From IMG/VR virus record IMGVR_UViG_3300030117_007612, positions 64,001 through 128,000 of that record: a stretch of DNA of 64,000 nt. The stretch is one strand, 5' to 3'. Of the stretch, positions 21,600 to 32,035 are shown in pieces; positions within the stretch are counted from its first letter, which is position 1, and every line of letters begins with the position of its first letter. The translations under genes were made by a program, and so were the position numbers. This DNA comes from a virus (taxonomy: Duplodnaviria; Caudoviricetes). The notes below the pieces were generated by a model. That model ran no database searches. It had not been told where the DNA came from and saw only the letters and a list, made by a program, of their open reading frames with translations.

Positions 21600-22661
21600 A
21601 TGGCAACGTTTTTAGATAAAAAAGAACAAGTACTAGACATTCAGCTAACATCGCATGGCAAGTATCTGCTTTCTGCCGGCAAGTTTAAGCCCGTGTTTTA
21701 TACATTTTTAGATGATAATATCATATATGATTATAATCATGCCGGCGTCGGCGAAAATCAGAAAGAGATACACAACAGAATTACGCAAAACACTCAATAT
21801 CTCCAAACTCAAACACAGTTTGATAGTCCGGAGGAACATGTAAAAGAAAAAATAGAAAAAATTAGATCTAAGGTGCCGTTATTTTTTAGTGAAGAAAACG
21901 ATATGGGCATAGAAAAGGAAATGAGCCATACAAACTTCAATAGAAAAACATATGTGTTCAACAGCACAATAGGTACAGCACCGCCAACAGGCCGTTTTGC
22001 ACCAGCATGGGAAGTTAGAATGATAAAAGGGCAAATATCCGGCTCGTCACCTTTCTTGAGTGAACCTTATGAATTAATTGATATACCTCAAATAGATATC
22101 GAAGTAACGTACAATATAAGAGAACTTTCATTACATAGCCAAGATGACATGTATGTTTCGGAAGAATTTAAAGAGTTTTATGATGAAGAATTTTACATGT
22201 ATGATATGCACAAAAGCGACACATTTAGCGACGACACCTTTCTTCAGGTCTTTGGAGAGGATCCAATTATTGATATTAAGGAATTGAATTCTTTTAGTGA
22301 GATTGAAAATTTTGAAATTGATGTTTATAGAGTCGAACAGAACTACAATAGAAAAATCGGAGGCAATGAAAAATTGGTACGACTGCATTTCGTGAAAGAC
22401 AAACAAGAAATAGTAGATGGAATACTAGTTGACGATGACGGGTACGATCCAGCAGCAGTACCAATTACGACTGATAATGTAGAATATTATTTTAATTTAC
22501 AAGTCGATTCAGATATCGATAAAAGACAATTATGCAAGGCAGTTGATAAATTGAAATCTGATAATTATTTTGTAGATATTCCAATTAATTGTGAAGATTT
22601 AGAACCTAGGCAAAGAATGGATATATATGCTTCGTCCATCGAGCCAGAGGATTGTGATTAA
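21600..22661 (+). CDS. Tail-associated protein, paralogue of the 32036/33316 N-terminal family
   Basis: FLDKKEQVLDIQLTSHGKYLLSAGKFKPVFYTFLDDNIIYD aligns with FLDNSGDIILDAVLTDLGRMRMADGDFSVNKFALGDDEVDY. Confidence 0.55.
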   Translation: MATFLDKKEQVLDIQLTSHGKYLLSAGKFKPVFYTFLDDNIIYDYNHAGVGENQKEIHNRITQNTQYLQTQTQFDSPEEHVKEKIEKIRSKVPLFFSEENDMGIEKEMSHTNFNRKTYVFNSTIGTAPPTGRFAPAWEVRMIKGQISGSSPFLSEPYELIDIPQIDIEVTYNIRELSLHSQDDMYVSEEFKEFYDEEFYMYDMHKSDTFSDDTFLQVFGEDPIIDIKELNSFSEIENFEIDVYRVEQNYNRKIGGNEKLVRLHFVKDKQEIVDGILVDDDGYDPAAVPITTDNVEYYFNLQVDSDIDKRQLCKAVDKLKSDNYFVDIPINCEDLEPRQRMDIYASSIEPEDCD

Positions 22662-25600
22662 TGAGCAAAAGTTCAGAATACACTAGCGGCAAGGAGATGT
22701 TTGGTGATTTTTTACCAAAAGTTTATATTGACAAAATAACTTTGTCTGGCAGAGAGGATCTGGGAGAGAACATGATGAAGGTTGAGGTGGAAGTGTCATT
22801 AAAAGACAGCTCCAATGCTACTGGAAACTTTTTGCTATTCGATAACCACGAACTTTGGGACCTAATCAATATAGACGTCGCAGTGACATCAGACCCAAAA
22901 GCCCAAGAGTTTATAGAAGGCCAGCGCAGCATACAAAAGCTTGCATATGCACCCGAGTGGCCACTCGGAATTATTGCGGATGACACCGGCGGGCTTGACA
23001 TGGATCCGCAATATGTGTCGCTTTTTGATGGAGAACCGGCCAATAGTTACTGGAAAGTCACTCATTCAGATCGCAGTGCGGGCGCGTGGATCCGACCAGA
23101 ATTATTTAAGGCAAACTACTCTACACAGAACCTTACAGACATTGTGCACGGCCGCTTAGGAGAGAGACCAGAAAGAGGGTTTGTTGGTGAACAAGATGCC
23201 GGCGTAGAATTACTCAAGTTGTTACCTGAAGTCGCCGAAACTCATGATAGTTCTGCTAAAGTTATCAAAACTCTCACATCAACATTTACTTTTTTTATTC
23301 ATAAGAATATGCTTACCAATTTGCAAGATGCAACTGCCCCGGTTGCCGATGATGCCATGAGTGCACTTATGGAGGTGCTCTATGGCTCCGATACCACCAG
23401 CGCCGTACCGGGCGCCCACATTTTTCCAAATGATTTGTATATATTTGCGTACGCGAGAGTAAACACAGATTCCGACTTCTGGGAAGGTGCAAGCACATCT
23501 GCCGGCGGAATAGACAACATAAACGAGATGCCAGAGCTGCAAAATGAATTTATTGGGGAAGTGGCATACGAACACATGATTGACGGTGGTGAGATCAACT
23601 TTAGAGAGTACAAATATTTTACAGAAGATGATCGTCTTTTTCAGGGCCCATTGGTATTGAATACGAATGGGGATTACGTAAAAGCTTTAAATTATGACAA
23701 CGAGAGAATTGCTAATGAAATAGCTGATAGGGTATTGTCTTTGATAGATACGGAAACCGAAAAAGAAAACGCAGCATTGATATATTATTCATACATTGTT
23801 AGCAATTTGGTTGGCTATGCTGAATACCCTGAAATGTTTTTTCAATTATATCAACAACTTAGGCTTATGTCTGATCGTCGGACTACCACATCTGCCGGCA
23901 AAATAGCAAATGCATTTTCCAATGTGATGGAACAACTCAAAGGAATATTTTTGTCGACAGAAAAAGTCTATAAAAAAATGGTTAGAAATTCTAAATATTT
24001 TGATAGGCGCGTACCCGGATCTGCATCTTCGTCTGGAATAAAATTTTGTGCCCCTTCCGAAATAGATGGCGGGTACGGCATGGGCTCGGCGGATATTTCC
24101 ACTCAGCGCAAGCTGCACTCTTGCGTATTGCCAATGTACGATCACGGACATACCGCTTTTAAGTTTGGCCCATCCCCCCACAGTAAAATATGGTTAACTT
24201 CTGACATTCCGGGAGAAAGGTTTGATCCCTCTGGTACTGACTTGAATACCGGACTTGTTACCGCCGGCGATATATCGGACCCGAGAAATCGTTTAAGCTT
24301 TGATAGAGTTAATGCCGATTTTTTGAAAAAAAGAATTAATGGCTGGTTTATGTTAAACTTGGAAAACATGATGTATAAGGCTATATATCACCCGACTGCC
24401 AAACATTTTGTGCTTACTAAGAAATTAGTGCATCATTTTGGTTTTGGTGTTATTTCAAAATACTTTTTTGTCGACCAAGTCACCCTACAAAGAGCGGCGG
24501 TAGATTATAACGATGCGTCCGAAGTTTGGGGCGTCGGCGCTGCCGGCACAGATAGTGTTTCTATGCCTGTTCTTAGTCGCACCCAAGAACACGTATTCAC
24601 ATCAACATTGACTCGTCAAGCTACTGATGATCCGGGCGATGGAACTGATATATCAAAGACTGCGACAAATCTGAGTATGCGCATAGTAAAGCCGTATTTA
24701 GAGCCTTCTATAGCTACAGGCGGTGGTGATGCAACCTTTGGTGATTCTGATATTACAACTGGTGAGGGTTATTATCCTATTGATTGGTTTGGTACCAACA
24801 ATTCCACCGAAAAATTAGGCTTACAGCGCCGGCGAGATACCTTTTCACCTTTTGAGACGGGAGCCACTGCCGATGATGATCTGTACGGCTATCCAGAGGG
24901 CCCCGGGCATTATGGCACTGGATTACATGCTCAAGTAACTCATCCGGCTTTATTAAAAAATCCCGATAAAATGGAAAAAATATTATTTTTCTATTTTTCT
25001 GAGCCTGTGATGGGAATGTTTGGTGTAGAAGATTGTTCAGCAAAAGCATCATTTACCCATAATGGCGCGCCAATAAAAAAGATTCATTTAAAATACGTGG
25101 CAGACTACAATGTAATTAATAATATTGGTGGCATGTGTTATGTTATATGGAACGAATTGAGAAGGCAGAGAAGCATAATCGAAGATTATTTGGCGTTTGC
25201 TGAAAGGGTGTGCTCTTTTGATAACCGCACTGGGAAATTTAATGAATTTTTCGGAGATCAATTTCACCAAATGTTCTATAATAACCTAGGCTATGCTTGG
25301 TGGACAAGGCCCGTAGCATATTATGTATTAGTTCAAGACTTATTGAACAACAGCTACGGCGGCAACAGCGCAGTTATGCGCGAGAAGACACTTAACATAA
25401 TCCAATCGATCGATCCAACATCTGGTACAATATATGCATTGCGTGAATTTATTGAAGACTTTAACGGTTTAGTTAATGGTTGGCATACCAATTTCCGAGG
25501 CATGCACTTGGGTGACAAGTTTGAAGAGTTAGCCGGCGTATATTCATGGCATAAGAACTTTGAACCTCGTGAAAACACGTTCTCATTCAAAAACCCCATT

Positions 25601-26848
25601 TGCGACCCATTGTTTGATTTCCCATATGGTTACGGCGCCGGCTATCATGGTGCCGGCGACTTTGGCCCTTCTACTGGTGCCGGCATGCCCCTGCCTACCG
25701 GAACATACCCAATTACAGATGCGTTTTCAACATATCATACGATTATGGAAAGCGTAGAGTACGAACAATATGCCCGGGCTATTTCACAATTTAATATGGA
25801 GACCATACGGAAATGCTCGGATGAAGGAATTGTCGACAAACAAGTGACTAGTCTCCAGCTGCTCGTAAAAAGAGCGCTCTTCTCGGCGACGTTTGAAACC
25901 CCCGGCGACGAGGTGCTGCACATACACATGACACCAATCACAACTACGGATAATAATTCGGTTAGTTCTGAAAATGTGGATCCCTATCCGCCATCCGGCA
26001 AAGGCATTCGGGCCCCCACCGCTAAACAATTTGAAATATTTGATAAATTCCTTGACGACTATTCTGACGGGTATACATCCGGCACCAACCGTACGGTCGC
26101 GTTCATCGGCGCCGGCGCCACAACTCAGACATACGATGTGCTGAGGAAAATCGAACTGGGTTTGGTCGATGAAGGAACTGCCCCCGGGGGAATGAGAAAA
26201 GGCGCGTGGGAATTATTTATGGAAGCCACATTGGCTTCTGACGGCAAGTCAGGGAATGGCACCGAAAAAGCCCTAGCCGCCGGCGTATCACGTGCAGGAG
26301 GCGGGAACTTTTACCTTCCGGAGAACACTCCCGGCAGCGAATCAGTAGTAAACAAAGCGTACGACTTTCAAGTACTTCGCGAAAGAATTAGAAAAGGTCT
26401 CCGACGCTATGTAGATCTGTATCTGCAACATTTAAAAGAATGTTCTGGCTTAACTGCAAACCAAATTAATAATCGCTATTTTGCCGGCAACTGGCCCTTT
26501 AACGCCTTGGGATATATTCAGAACGGCCCAGATTCTCAAAATCCATTTCGAGGCGCCGAAAATATGTCGAAAACCCGCGGCTGGGGCCAAATCGATCTTC
26601 CAATGCGCGAATTGATAGAAGATTTGCTTGAGGGCGTTAGAAGATTAAGGGTGATGGGCTTTTGGCCATATTTTGACATAAATGATATCCGTAGCTACAT
26701 GGATTTGGGTGCAGAAGGAGAAGGACTCGGCATCGACATCGCCCTAGGCGCCGCCGACGATGAGGGTGGATATTTCTCCCCACCGGGCGACATGATGATT
26801 TCACCCTATTTGGTTCCCGTGGAGTTCGACTTTGGATCTGGCGATTAA
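22661..26848 (+). CDS. Large hypothetical virion protein (1395 aa)
   Basis: Long ORF coupled by TAATG overlap to the previous gene; tail module context only. Confidence 0.6.
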   Translation: MSKSSEYTSGKEMFGDFLPKVYIDKITLSGREDLGENMMKVEVEVSLKDSSNATGNFLLFDNHELWDLINIDVAVTSDPKAQEFIEGQRSIQKLAYAPEWPLGIIADDTGGLDMDPQYVSLFDGEPANSYWKVTHSDRSAGAWIRPELFKANYSTQNLTDIVHGRLGERPERGFVGEQDAGVELLKLLPEVAETHDSSAKVIKTLTSTFTFFIHKNMLTNLQDATAPVADDAMSALMEVLYGSDTTSAVPGAHIFPNDLYIFAYARVNTDSDFWEGASTSAGGIDNINEMPELQNEFIGEVAYEHMIDGGEINFREYKYFTEDDRLFQGPLVLNTNGDYVKALNYDNERIANEIADRVLSLIDTETEKENAALIYYSYIVSNLVGYAEYPEMFFQLYQQLRLMSDRRTTTSAGKIANAFSNVMEQLKGIFLSTEKVYKKMVRNSKYFDRRVPGSASSSGIKFCAPSEIDGGYGMGSADISTQRKLHSCVLPMYDHGHTAFKFGPSPHSKIWLTSDIPGERFDPSGTDLNTGLVTAGDISDPRNRLSFDRVNADFLKKRINGWFMLNLENMMYKAIYHPTAKHFVLTKKLVHHFGFGVISKYFFVDQVTLQRAAVDYNDASEVWGVGAAGTDSVSMPVLSRTQEHVFTSTLTRQATDDPGDGTDISKTATNLSMRIVKPYLEPSIATGGGDATFGDSDITTGEGYYPIDWFGTNNSTEKLGLQRRRDTFSPFETGATADDDLYGYPEGPGHYGTGLHAQVTHPALLKNPDKMEKILFFYFSEPVMGMFGVEDCSAKASFTHNGAPIKKIHLKYVADYNVINNIGGMCYVIWNELRRQRSIIEDYLAFAERVCSFDNRTGKFNEFFGDQFHQMFYNNLGYAWWTRPVAYYVLVQDLLNNSYGGNSAVMREKTLNIIQSIDPTSGTIYALREFIEDFNGLVNGWHTNFRGMHLGDKFEELAGVYSWHKNFEPRENTFSFKNPICDPLFDFPYGYGAGYHGAGDFGPSTGAGMPLPTGTYPITDAFSTYHTIMESVEYEQYARAISQFNMETIRKCSDEGIVDKQVTSLQLLVKRALFSATFETPGDEVLHIHMTPITTTDNNSVSSENVDPYPPSGKGIRAPTAKQFEIFDKFLDDYSDGYTSGTNRTVAFIGAGATTQTYDVLRKIELGLVDEGTAPGGMRKGAWELFMEATLASDGKSGNGTEKALAAGVSRAGGGNFYLPENTPGSESVVNKAYDFQVLRERIRKGLRRYVDLYLQHLKECSGLTANQINNRYFAGNWPFNALGYIQNGPDSQNPFRGAENMSKTRGWGQIDLPMRELIEDLLEGVRRLRVMGFWPYFDINDIRSYMDLGAEGEGLGIDIALGAADDEGGYFSPPGDMMISPYLVPVEFDFGSGD

Positions 26849-26898
26849 TCCTCTTATAGATTAATTTGGTACAACTAAAGAATAAAGTCTAAAAAATA

Positions 26899-26906
26899 CT
26901 AATTAA
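26899..26906 (+). promoter_or_regulatory. CTANTTA box (putative late promoter)
   Basis: CTAATTAA before 26927. Confidence 0.4.
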
Positions 26907-26926
26907 TAACACGGAGGCGACACACA

Positions 26927-27832
26927 GTGCCAAAATCAAGAAGTATTCAATCACTGCAATATTCCTTTAATGAGGATATTGAACATACTAGAAAGGTTGC
27001 CAAATTTCTTTCAAAAAAATTCAGAACAAAAGGCGATCTATCTGTCAGTGAAAGCCAGATGAATAAAAAAGCACCGATTCAAATCAGGCCGAACAAAACA
27101 ATGATTAATGGTAGATCAGTTAGTCTAAAGAATAAAACACCAGATCAGTTGAATCAAATTAATAGAAATGCCGAAATTGAAACTGCATTGGGAGAAATGC
27201 AAAATTTGAGCCTAGAAGGGCTGAGAGACGATCAAAAAGCTATAGCAATGCTTTCATCGATTGGAATTTCTACGCCGGTTAACAGTATTCAATCTATTAA
27301 ACCTATCCGGAATGTATCAACATTCCCCGATGGTCAAGTAAACCCGCTGAAGAAGATTGAGCTTGACGAAACAGTTGGAGATCAAGAGTTCACAAAACTA
27401 TCAAAGAAAAAGCGAAGTCAAGTCAAACAGAACTCTAGACTGACTTCAATGAATCAATCCCAAAGAGATTATCTAATGAGAATCGCCGGCCGAATGTCTG
27501 AGCTACACAACGTTGGCCAAACTGGTTACCCAAACGTCTATAGCGCATATAGGCCGTCTATGGGCGTAACGCCCGAAGCAGTGAAACAGATCACGACAGG
27601 TCGCGGCAGAGTTATTGGATCCGGCGCAACGAGATTTATCGCTAGTCGAGCCGCCGGAATAAACCAAAAGGTGGGAATTCTTTCCTCTGCAGGGACTAGT
27701 GAACTAGATGAAATGTCGACCACAAGACCGGATCGTATTTTGTCTTCCGCCGGCACCACTTCTCCAGATGAGCTTACGGTTGACTCTGGCCCCTTTAAGC
27801 CGGCCATTACTTCCGGGAATACAACATATTAA
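26927..27832 (+). CDS. Hypothetical protein
   Basis: 301 aa, GTG start with GGAGG upstream; short internal repeat ILSSAGT x2 near the C-terminus. Confidence 0.6.
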   Translation: MPKSRSIQSLQYSFNEDIEHTRKVAKFLSKKFRTKGDLSVSESQMNKKAPIQIRPNKTMINGRSVSLKNKTPDQLNQINRNAEIETALGEMQNLSLEGLRDDQKAIAMLSSIGISTPVNSIQSIKPIRNVSTFPDGQVNPLKKIELDETVGDQEFTKLSKKKRSQVKQNSRLTSMNQSQRDYLMRIAGRMSELHNVGQTGYPNVYSAYRPSMGVTPEAVKQITTGRGRVIGSGATRFIASRAAGINQKVGILSSAGTSELDEMSTTRPDRILSSAGTTSPDELTVDSGPFKPAITSGNTTY

Positions 27833-27848
27833 CAGGAGCACCTAATCA

Positions 27849-28781
27849 ATGCCAGATTTAGAAGGTTTAGAAGAATTCAGTGAATATTGGGACTCTATTA
27901 CGGGTAAGAGATGGTCTCAATTTTTTTTGCTGTCACATTTTCAAAAATATGGCCCGAAACTCCCAGCGCCTGCAGGTACCATAACACGGGTATTTCCACC
28001 CGGCTGGAGGCACGCTCCCGGCTATAACCTAATTCACATGAGCGAGCCTCAATTTACTGGGATGTCAATAAATATGCTCGATAATATAGCCAATAACATT
28101 GAAATGAGCCACTATCCTGTTTTGGTTGAGGATAGGCTAGCCGAACCGGTTTTTTATGAGGATGTTAAATGGGTTCCGCCTCCCCCGGAGGAGGCGCTGA
28201 TCCACGGGACCCCGGGAGAGCTTGTCGACATCGGCCGATACGAAATTGACGAATATGTTAATAGTATGTTCATGCTCACATCAGCACAGCTTGAGGATGT
28301 GTCCCGCATCGGTGGTGACCCGGCCTTGGCAGCCTTTGTTGAGAAAGGTAGAAAAACGATACACACCCTTAATACTGCCGCATGGCCGGGCCAGATTGCC
28401 GGCGATGCCGACCAAGCTCTTAGAATGCTAGTAGGTGTTATGCTTGAGGGAATTGAGCCACCCATTGCAGGCAGAGAAATATATTCAAAAATTAAAGAAA
28501 AGGAACTCAATATTGACAATTTTATTTCCACCAATTTAAATAATATAAACATTGGAGCAATTCCGGAATATGAACAAATCCCTCTGGGTCCCGGCACCCC
28601 CGGCGCCACAATGTCTTCCGCTACCGATTGGTTTTCGCCGCCAACGGTTATATCGGACTCCGTGATATCAGTGCCCGCGTCCTCCGTATCCGACCCCGGG
28701 ACTGCCGATGGAATCCCTGATGCCGGCTCAGTTGGCGGTGTATTTGGCGGCGGCGGCCCCGTGGGCGGAATGTATGAATAA
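27849..28781 (+). CDS. Hypothetical protein
   Basis: 310 aa, AGGAG upstream; Pro/Gly-rich acidic C-terminus. Confidence 0.6.
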   Translation: MPDLEGLEEFSEYWDSITGKRWSQFFLLSHFQKYGPKLPAPAGTITRVFPPGWRHAPGYNLIHMSEPQFTGMSINMLDNIANNIEMSHYPVLVEDRLAEPVFYEDVKWVPPPPEEALIHGTPGELVDIGRYEIDEYVNSMFMLTSAQLEDVSRIGGDPALAAFVEKGRKTIHTLNTAAWPGQIAGDADQALRMLVGVMLEGIEPPIAGREIYSKIKEKELNIDNFISTNLNNINIGAIPEYEQIPLGPGTPGATMSSATDWFSPPTVISDSVISVPASSVSDPGTADGIPDAGSVGGVFGGGGPVGGMYE

Positions 28782-28792
28782 GGGAGAATCAT

Positions 28793-31700
28793 ATGTCTGA
28801 TATACTTTGGGCCCCGACAACTATAGTCGCTCCAGCCGACAGTGCCGATCCGGCTAGTCGACATGACCTTACCGAAGCAGAGAGAGAATTACGATTCTTT
28901 ACAAAAGCAGATCGGCGCCATGGCTTATCGCCTAGGTATTCTGATCATGCTCTGGCCGGCAAGCAATGCACATACGCCGATTCACAAATATATCAGACTC
29001 CAGAGGCAGATAATTTTAGACGTGAATTGAGAAATTTATGGAAGATAAACGAACACAATAGGTTATCAATAGAACCGCTTCCAAAATTGGATGAACTCCT
29101 AGGAGTACCGGGGGCCCCTCCTCGCTATGCTCACACCCCGTATAATTATCGACCGTCAAGTAAGGTTTCTAAAATCATATTTGGCGTTAGCAACGCAATA
29201 GTAACAAATAACACATTTTACAATAAAAGGTCGATGCCAATAAGAGTAGTGGGAGACCCACAATTTTTCCAAACAGATGAACAATGGAGAACTTATGTGG
29301 CCGGCGGAACATACAATGATGTCGAACATAAAGGTATCATACCCAGCACTCAAGTGGCGGATCACCTACACTCATCAATTGTGCCAATGACCGAAGAACA
29401 GCTAGAAAAATATAATTTAGGTGACACAAAGATAAAATATTTTGCTGATTTTAACATGTCATATAATCTTTATAATCCAAAATTTGAATCTAAGAGCAAG
29501 CAAATTTTGGAAATTGCATTGCCAAATTACTATGCTCTTTGGGCTTCTTCAAAAGTTGATCTGACAAAAACAACAAGAGCAGATCTTATTGGAAAAAGGC
29601 TGGATTATGTTATAGATGAAGAGACTGGTGAGGAGGTTTTGGCGCCCGGTCCAGCCGTACCGGTTGGCTCAGATAAGGACGGATTATATCCCTATGCGCT
29701 GTACCGCGATGCTACGTGGTATAGGCATGCAATTTTAAATAATCATATTTCTCCCGGCCGCGTTGCCGACATGTTTAGGGAAAAGAAGACCGTAGTTCCG
29801 GCAGAGACAATATACAGAACAACAAGACAAGAACAACAAATGGCCAAATATTTGGAGGGATACTCAAATAAAATACAACAAGCGGTTACAGATAATCCTG
29901 AAATATACAATTACATGAAAAATATCTTTTTCGACATTGATGCCGCAGACGAATATTTGAAGGAGCGAACTTCCGCGCAAAAAGTTGCAAAATTATTCCC
30001 AGCGAATATAAATCTCAGAATGAGAACTGAAACACCGGGCTTATTTATCGACATGCTGGAAAAAAGCAATTTAGACGGTAAGTTTATGTTGGGGCTTCAT
30101 CACGGATTTGCACAACAGTCCGACATTTATAAAACTAGAAGAAGAGGTTTTGTTAAGACAGTAGAAGAGCCGATTGAAAAAGTTGACGAAGAGGGGTTTT
30201 CATACAATCTTTTTGTGCATGAAAGTGAAGCAGTGGATTTAAATTGTATGAATTTGTTTAGCTGGTGGGACGCGGGATATAGAAATCCCGGCTCGTTTCA
30301 AAATATTAATTTTGTTGGAAGGTCAACTGAAAGCGTAAAACTCGCAACAGATGCGCAAAATCGATATCGATTTGAAAACACAACAAAGCATTTAAAATTT
30401 GCATCGCAATTGAGAAAGTTTTTTGAAGATAAGTTTGATGCGACCAATAGAAATTATGTTGATGTGCTAAAAGCCACTCCAAGCTATGTTGAAACCGTAG
30501 CATATAGAATTGTTAAACGCGGCGGCGCCGCCGAAGGCCCCAACAAGCTTACACCAATAATTCAAAATTTTTGGATTATGAATTCAAAAAGAATGGATGT
30601 GATGAGCTTTTTTGATACGCAAGTAAAATATGGAGCAAATTATAGGTACGATGTCTACGCATACAAAGTAGTTATTGGCACAAAATATAAATATAAAAAG
30701 TTAAAAATTAGCAAAAGAATATCCGGCGAAGTTAGCGCCGGCCGTGTTGATATCGACGGCGAACCGATAGAGGAGACATGTTTGTCATTCTATGATGCAG
30801 AGACGGGAGAAGACGCCGCACCACTGGCAAAGTTTGACCTAATATCCCCAGCGGATACTTCGTATACAGAAACAGTAAAGTTATTCGATTATGAAGTGCC
30901 AAGAGAACTCGGATACGAATCCGGCCGAACAGAGGGTGTGACCATGGCCACGCTAAGTGAATGGGGCGGGGGTGAAGGAAGGTTGGTACCCGATCATATA
31001 CAAGTATCACCAGACCCCTTTCTTGCTGATTTTGAAATTGAATATGAGCCATCTGCTGAGATTATTGAAGTTCCTTTGTTCGCCTATAATGGCACAGTGC
31101 TTGAAAGCCCGACGTCAAAGCCGGGAATTGAGGTTTTCAAAGTTGAAAACAGAGAAGACACGGCAGGATTTAGGATTAGATTTGATGATGTCCCCACATC
31201 AGAAATGCCGCGAATAGTCACAGCAGGCGACGAAGAATACAGAAGGCGATACCTGCTATCAAATGGTTTTCCAACTAATGCAGAAATTAGATATGACTCA
31301 GTTAGTCCTATTGTGGGCTTAGAGGTTTATAGAACTGAAAGAACCCCATACTTATGGTCGGATTTTAATGGCGAAATGCACAATTTCATTCGCACCCAGC
31401 CCGGAACATCAAATTATGTTTTTATGGAAAAAATAAAAACCAACATAAAGTATTATTACATGTTTAGGTCTGTCGATAGCCACGACACACCCGGGCAATG
31501 TTCTGAGATTTATGAAGTGGAATTAGTCAAAAAAGGAGACATTACATATCCAGTTGTCAAGGTTCATGAAATTCCAACAAGAGATGAACTATCAAAACGC
31601 ATGCAGCAGTTATCGAAACCAATTCGAAGACTTATTAGGATATCTCCCTCCATCTCACAAAGAGTTTTAAACCATAAAAAATTAGCAGAATATGGCACAG

Positions 31701-32017
31701 GATACGAAGCTATGCGACATGTCAGAATGGGAGATGAAAATAAATTTACAATCTGGGATGAACAAAAATTTAAAATCCGCTTAACATCTAAGAAAACTGG
31801 TCGTAAAATTGATTTAAATATAAAATTTAAAACAAACAATATAGAAAAAGCAAGAGAGCCGGATTCTCCACTTGAGCCGGAGTCGCCTTCATCGATACTC
31901 GGGTCTTCGACCACGGTATCGTCGGCGGAATTGGGTGCCGACTTGGCTCCGGCCGGGATCGGGTCGGTCGGACCAACCGGGATCGGGTCGGCCGGATCTG
32001 TGACAATTGGGGACTAG
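28793..32017 (+). CDS. Large hypothetical virion protein (1074 aa)
   Basis: GGGAG upstream; beta-rich FN3-like-looking segments (YRYDVYAYKVV, YYYMFRSVD). Confidence 0.55.
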   Translation: MSDILWAPTTIVAPADSADPASRHDLTEAERELRFFTKADRRHGLSPRYSDHALAGKQCTYADSQIYQTPEADNFRRELRNLWKINEHNRLSIEPLPKLDELLGVPGAPPRYAHTPYNYRPSSKVSKIIFGVSNAIVTNNTFYNKRSMPIRVVGDPQFFQTDEQWRTYVAGGTYNDVEHKGIIPSTQVADHLHSSIVPMTEEQLEKYNLGDTKIKYFADFNMSYNLYNPKFESKSKQILEIALPNYYALWASSKVDLTKTTRADLIGKRLDYVIDEETGEEVLAPGPAVPVGSDKDGLYPYALYRDATWYRHAILNNHISPGRVADMFREKKTVVPAETIYRTTRQEQQMAKYLEGYSNKIQQAVTDNPEIYNYMKNIFFDIDAADEYLKERTSAQKVAKLFPANINLRMRTETPGLFIDMLEKSNLDGKFMLGLHHGFAQQSDIYKTRRRGFVKTVEEPIEKVDEEGFSYNLFVHESEAVDLNCMNLFSWWDAGYRNPGSFQNINFVGRSTESVKLATDAQNRYRFENTTKHLKFASQLRKFFEDKFDATNRNYVDVLKATPSYVETVAYRIVKRGGAAEGPNKLTPIIQNFWIMNSKRMDVMSFFDTQVKYGANYRYDVYAYKVVIGTKYKYKKLKISKRISGEVSAGRVDIDGEPIEETCLSFYDAETGEDAAPLAKFDLISPADTSYTETVKLFDYEVPRELGYESGRTEGVTMATLSEWGGGEGRLVPDHIQVSPDPFLADFEIEYEPSAEIIEVPLFAYNGTVLESPTSKPGIEVFKVENREDTAGFRIRFDDVPTSEMPRIVTAGDEEYRRRYLLSNGFPTNAEIRYDSVSPIVGLEVYRTERTPYLWSDFNGEMHNFIRTQPGTSNYVFMEKIKTNIKYYYMFRSVDSHDTPGQCSEIYEVELVKKGDITYPVVKVHEIPTRDELSKRMQQLSKPIRRLIRISPSISQRVLNHKKLAEYGTGYEAMRHVRMGDENKFTIWDEQKFKIRLTSKKTGRKIDLNIKFKTNNIEKAREPDSPLEPESPSSILGSSTTVSSAELGADLAPAGIGSVGPTGIGSAGSVTIGD

Positions 32018-32021
32018 TTAA
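32014..32021 (+). promoter_or_regulatory. CTANTTA box (putative late promoter)
   Basis: CTAGTTAA before 32036. Confidence 0.35.
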
Positions 32022-32035
32022 TAAAAGGAATTAAT

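Noticed and set aside
26848-26927. Intrinsic terminator after 22661
   Set aside because: Only a weak AT stem (TAATC...GATTA) with no GC-rich hairpin.
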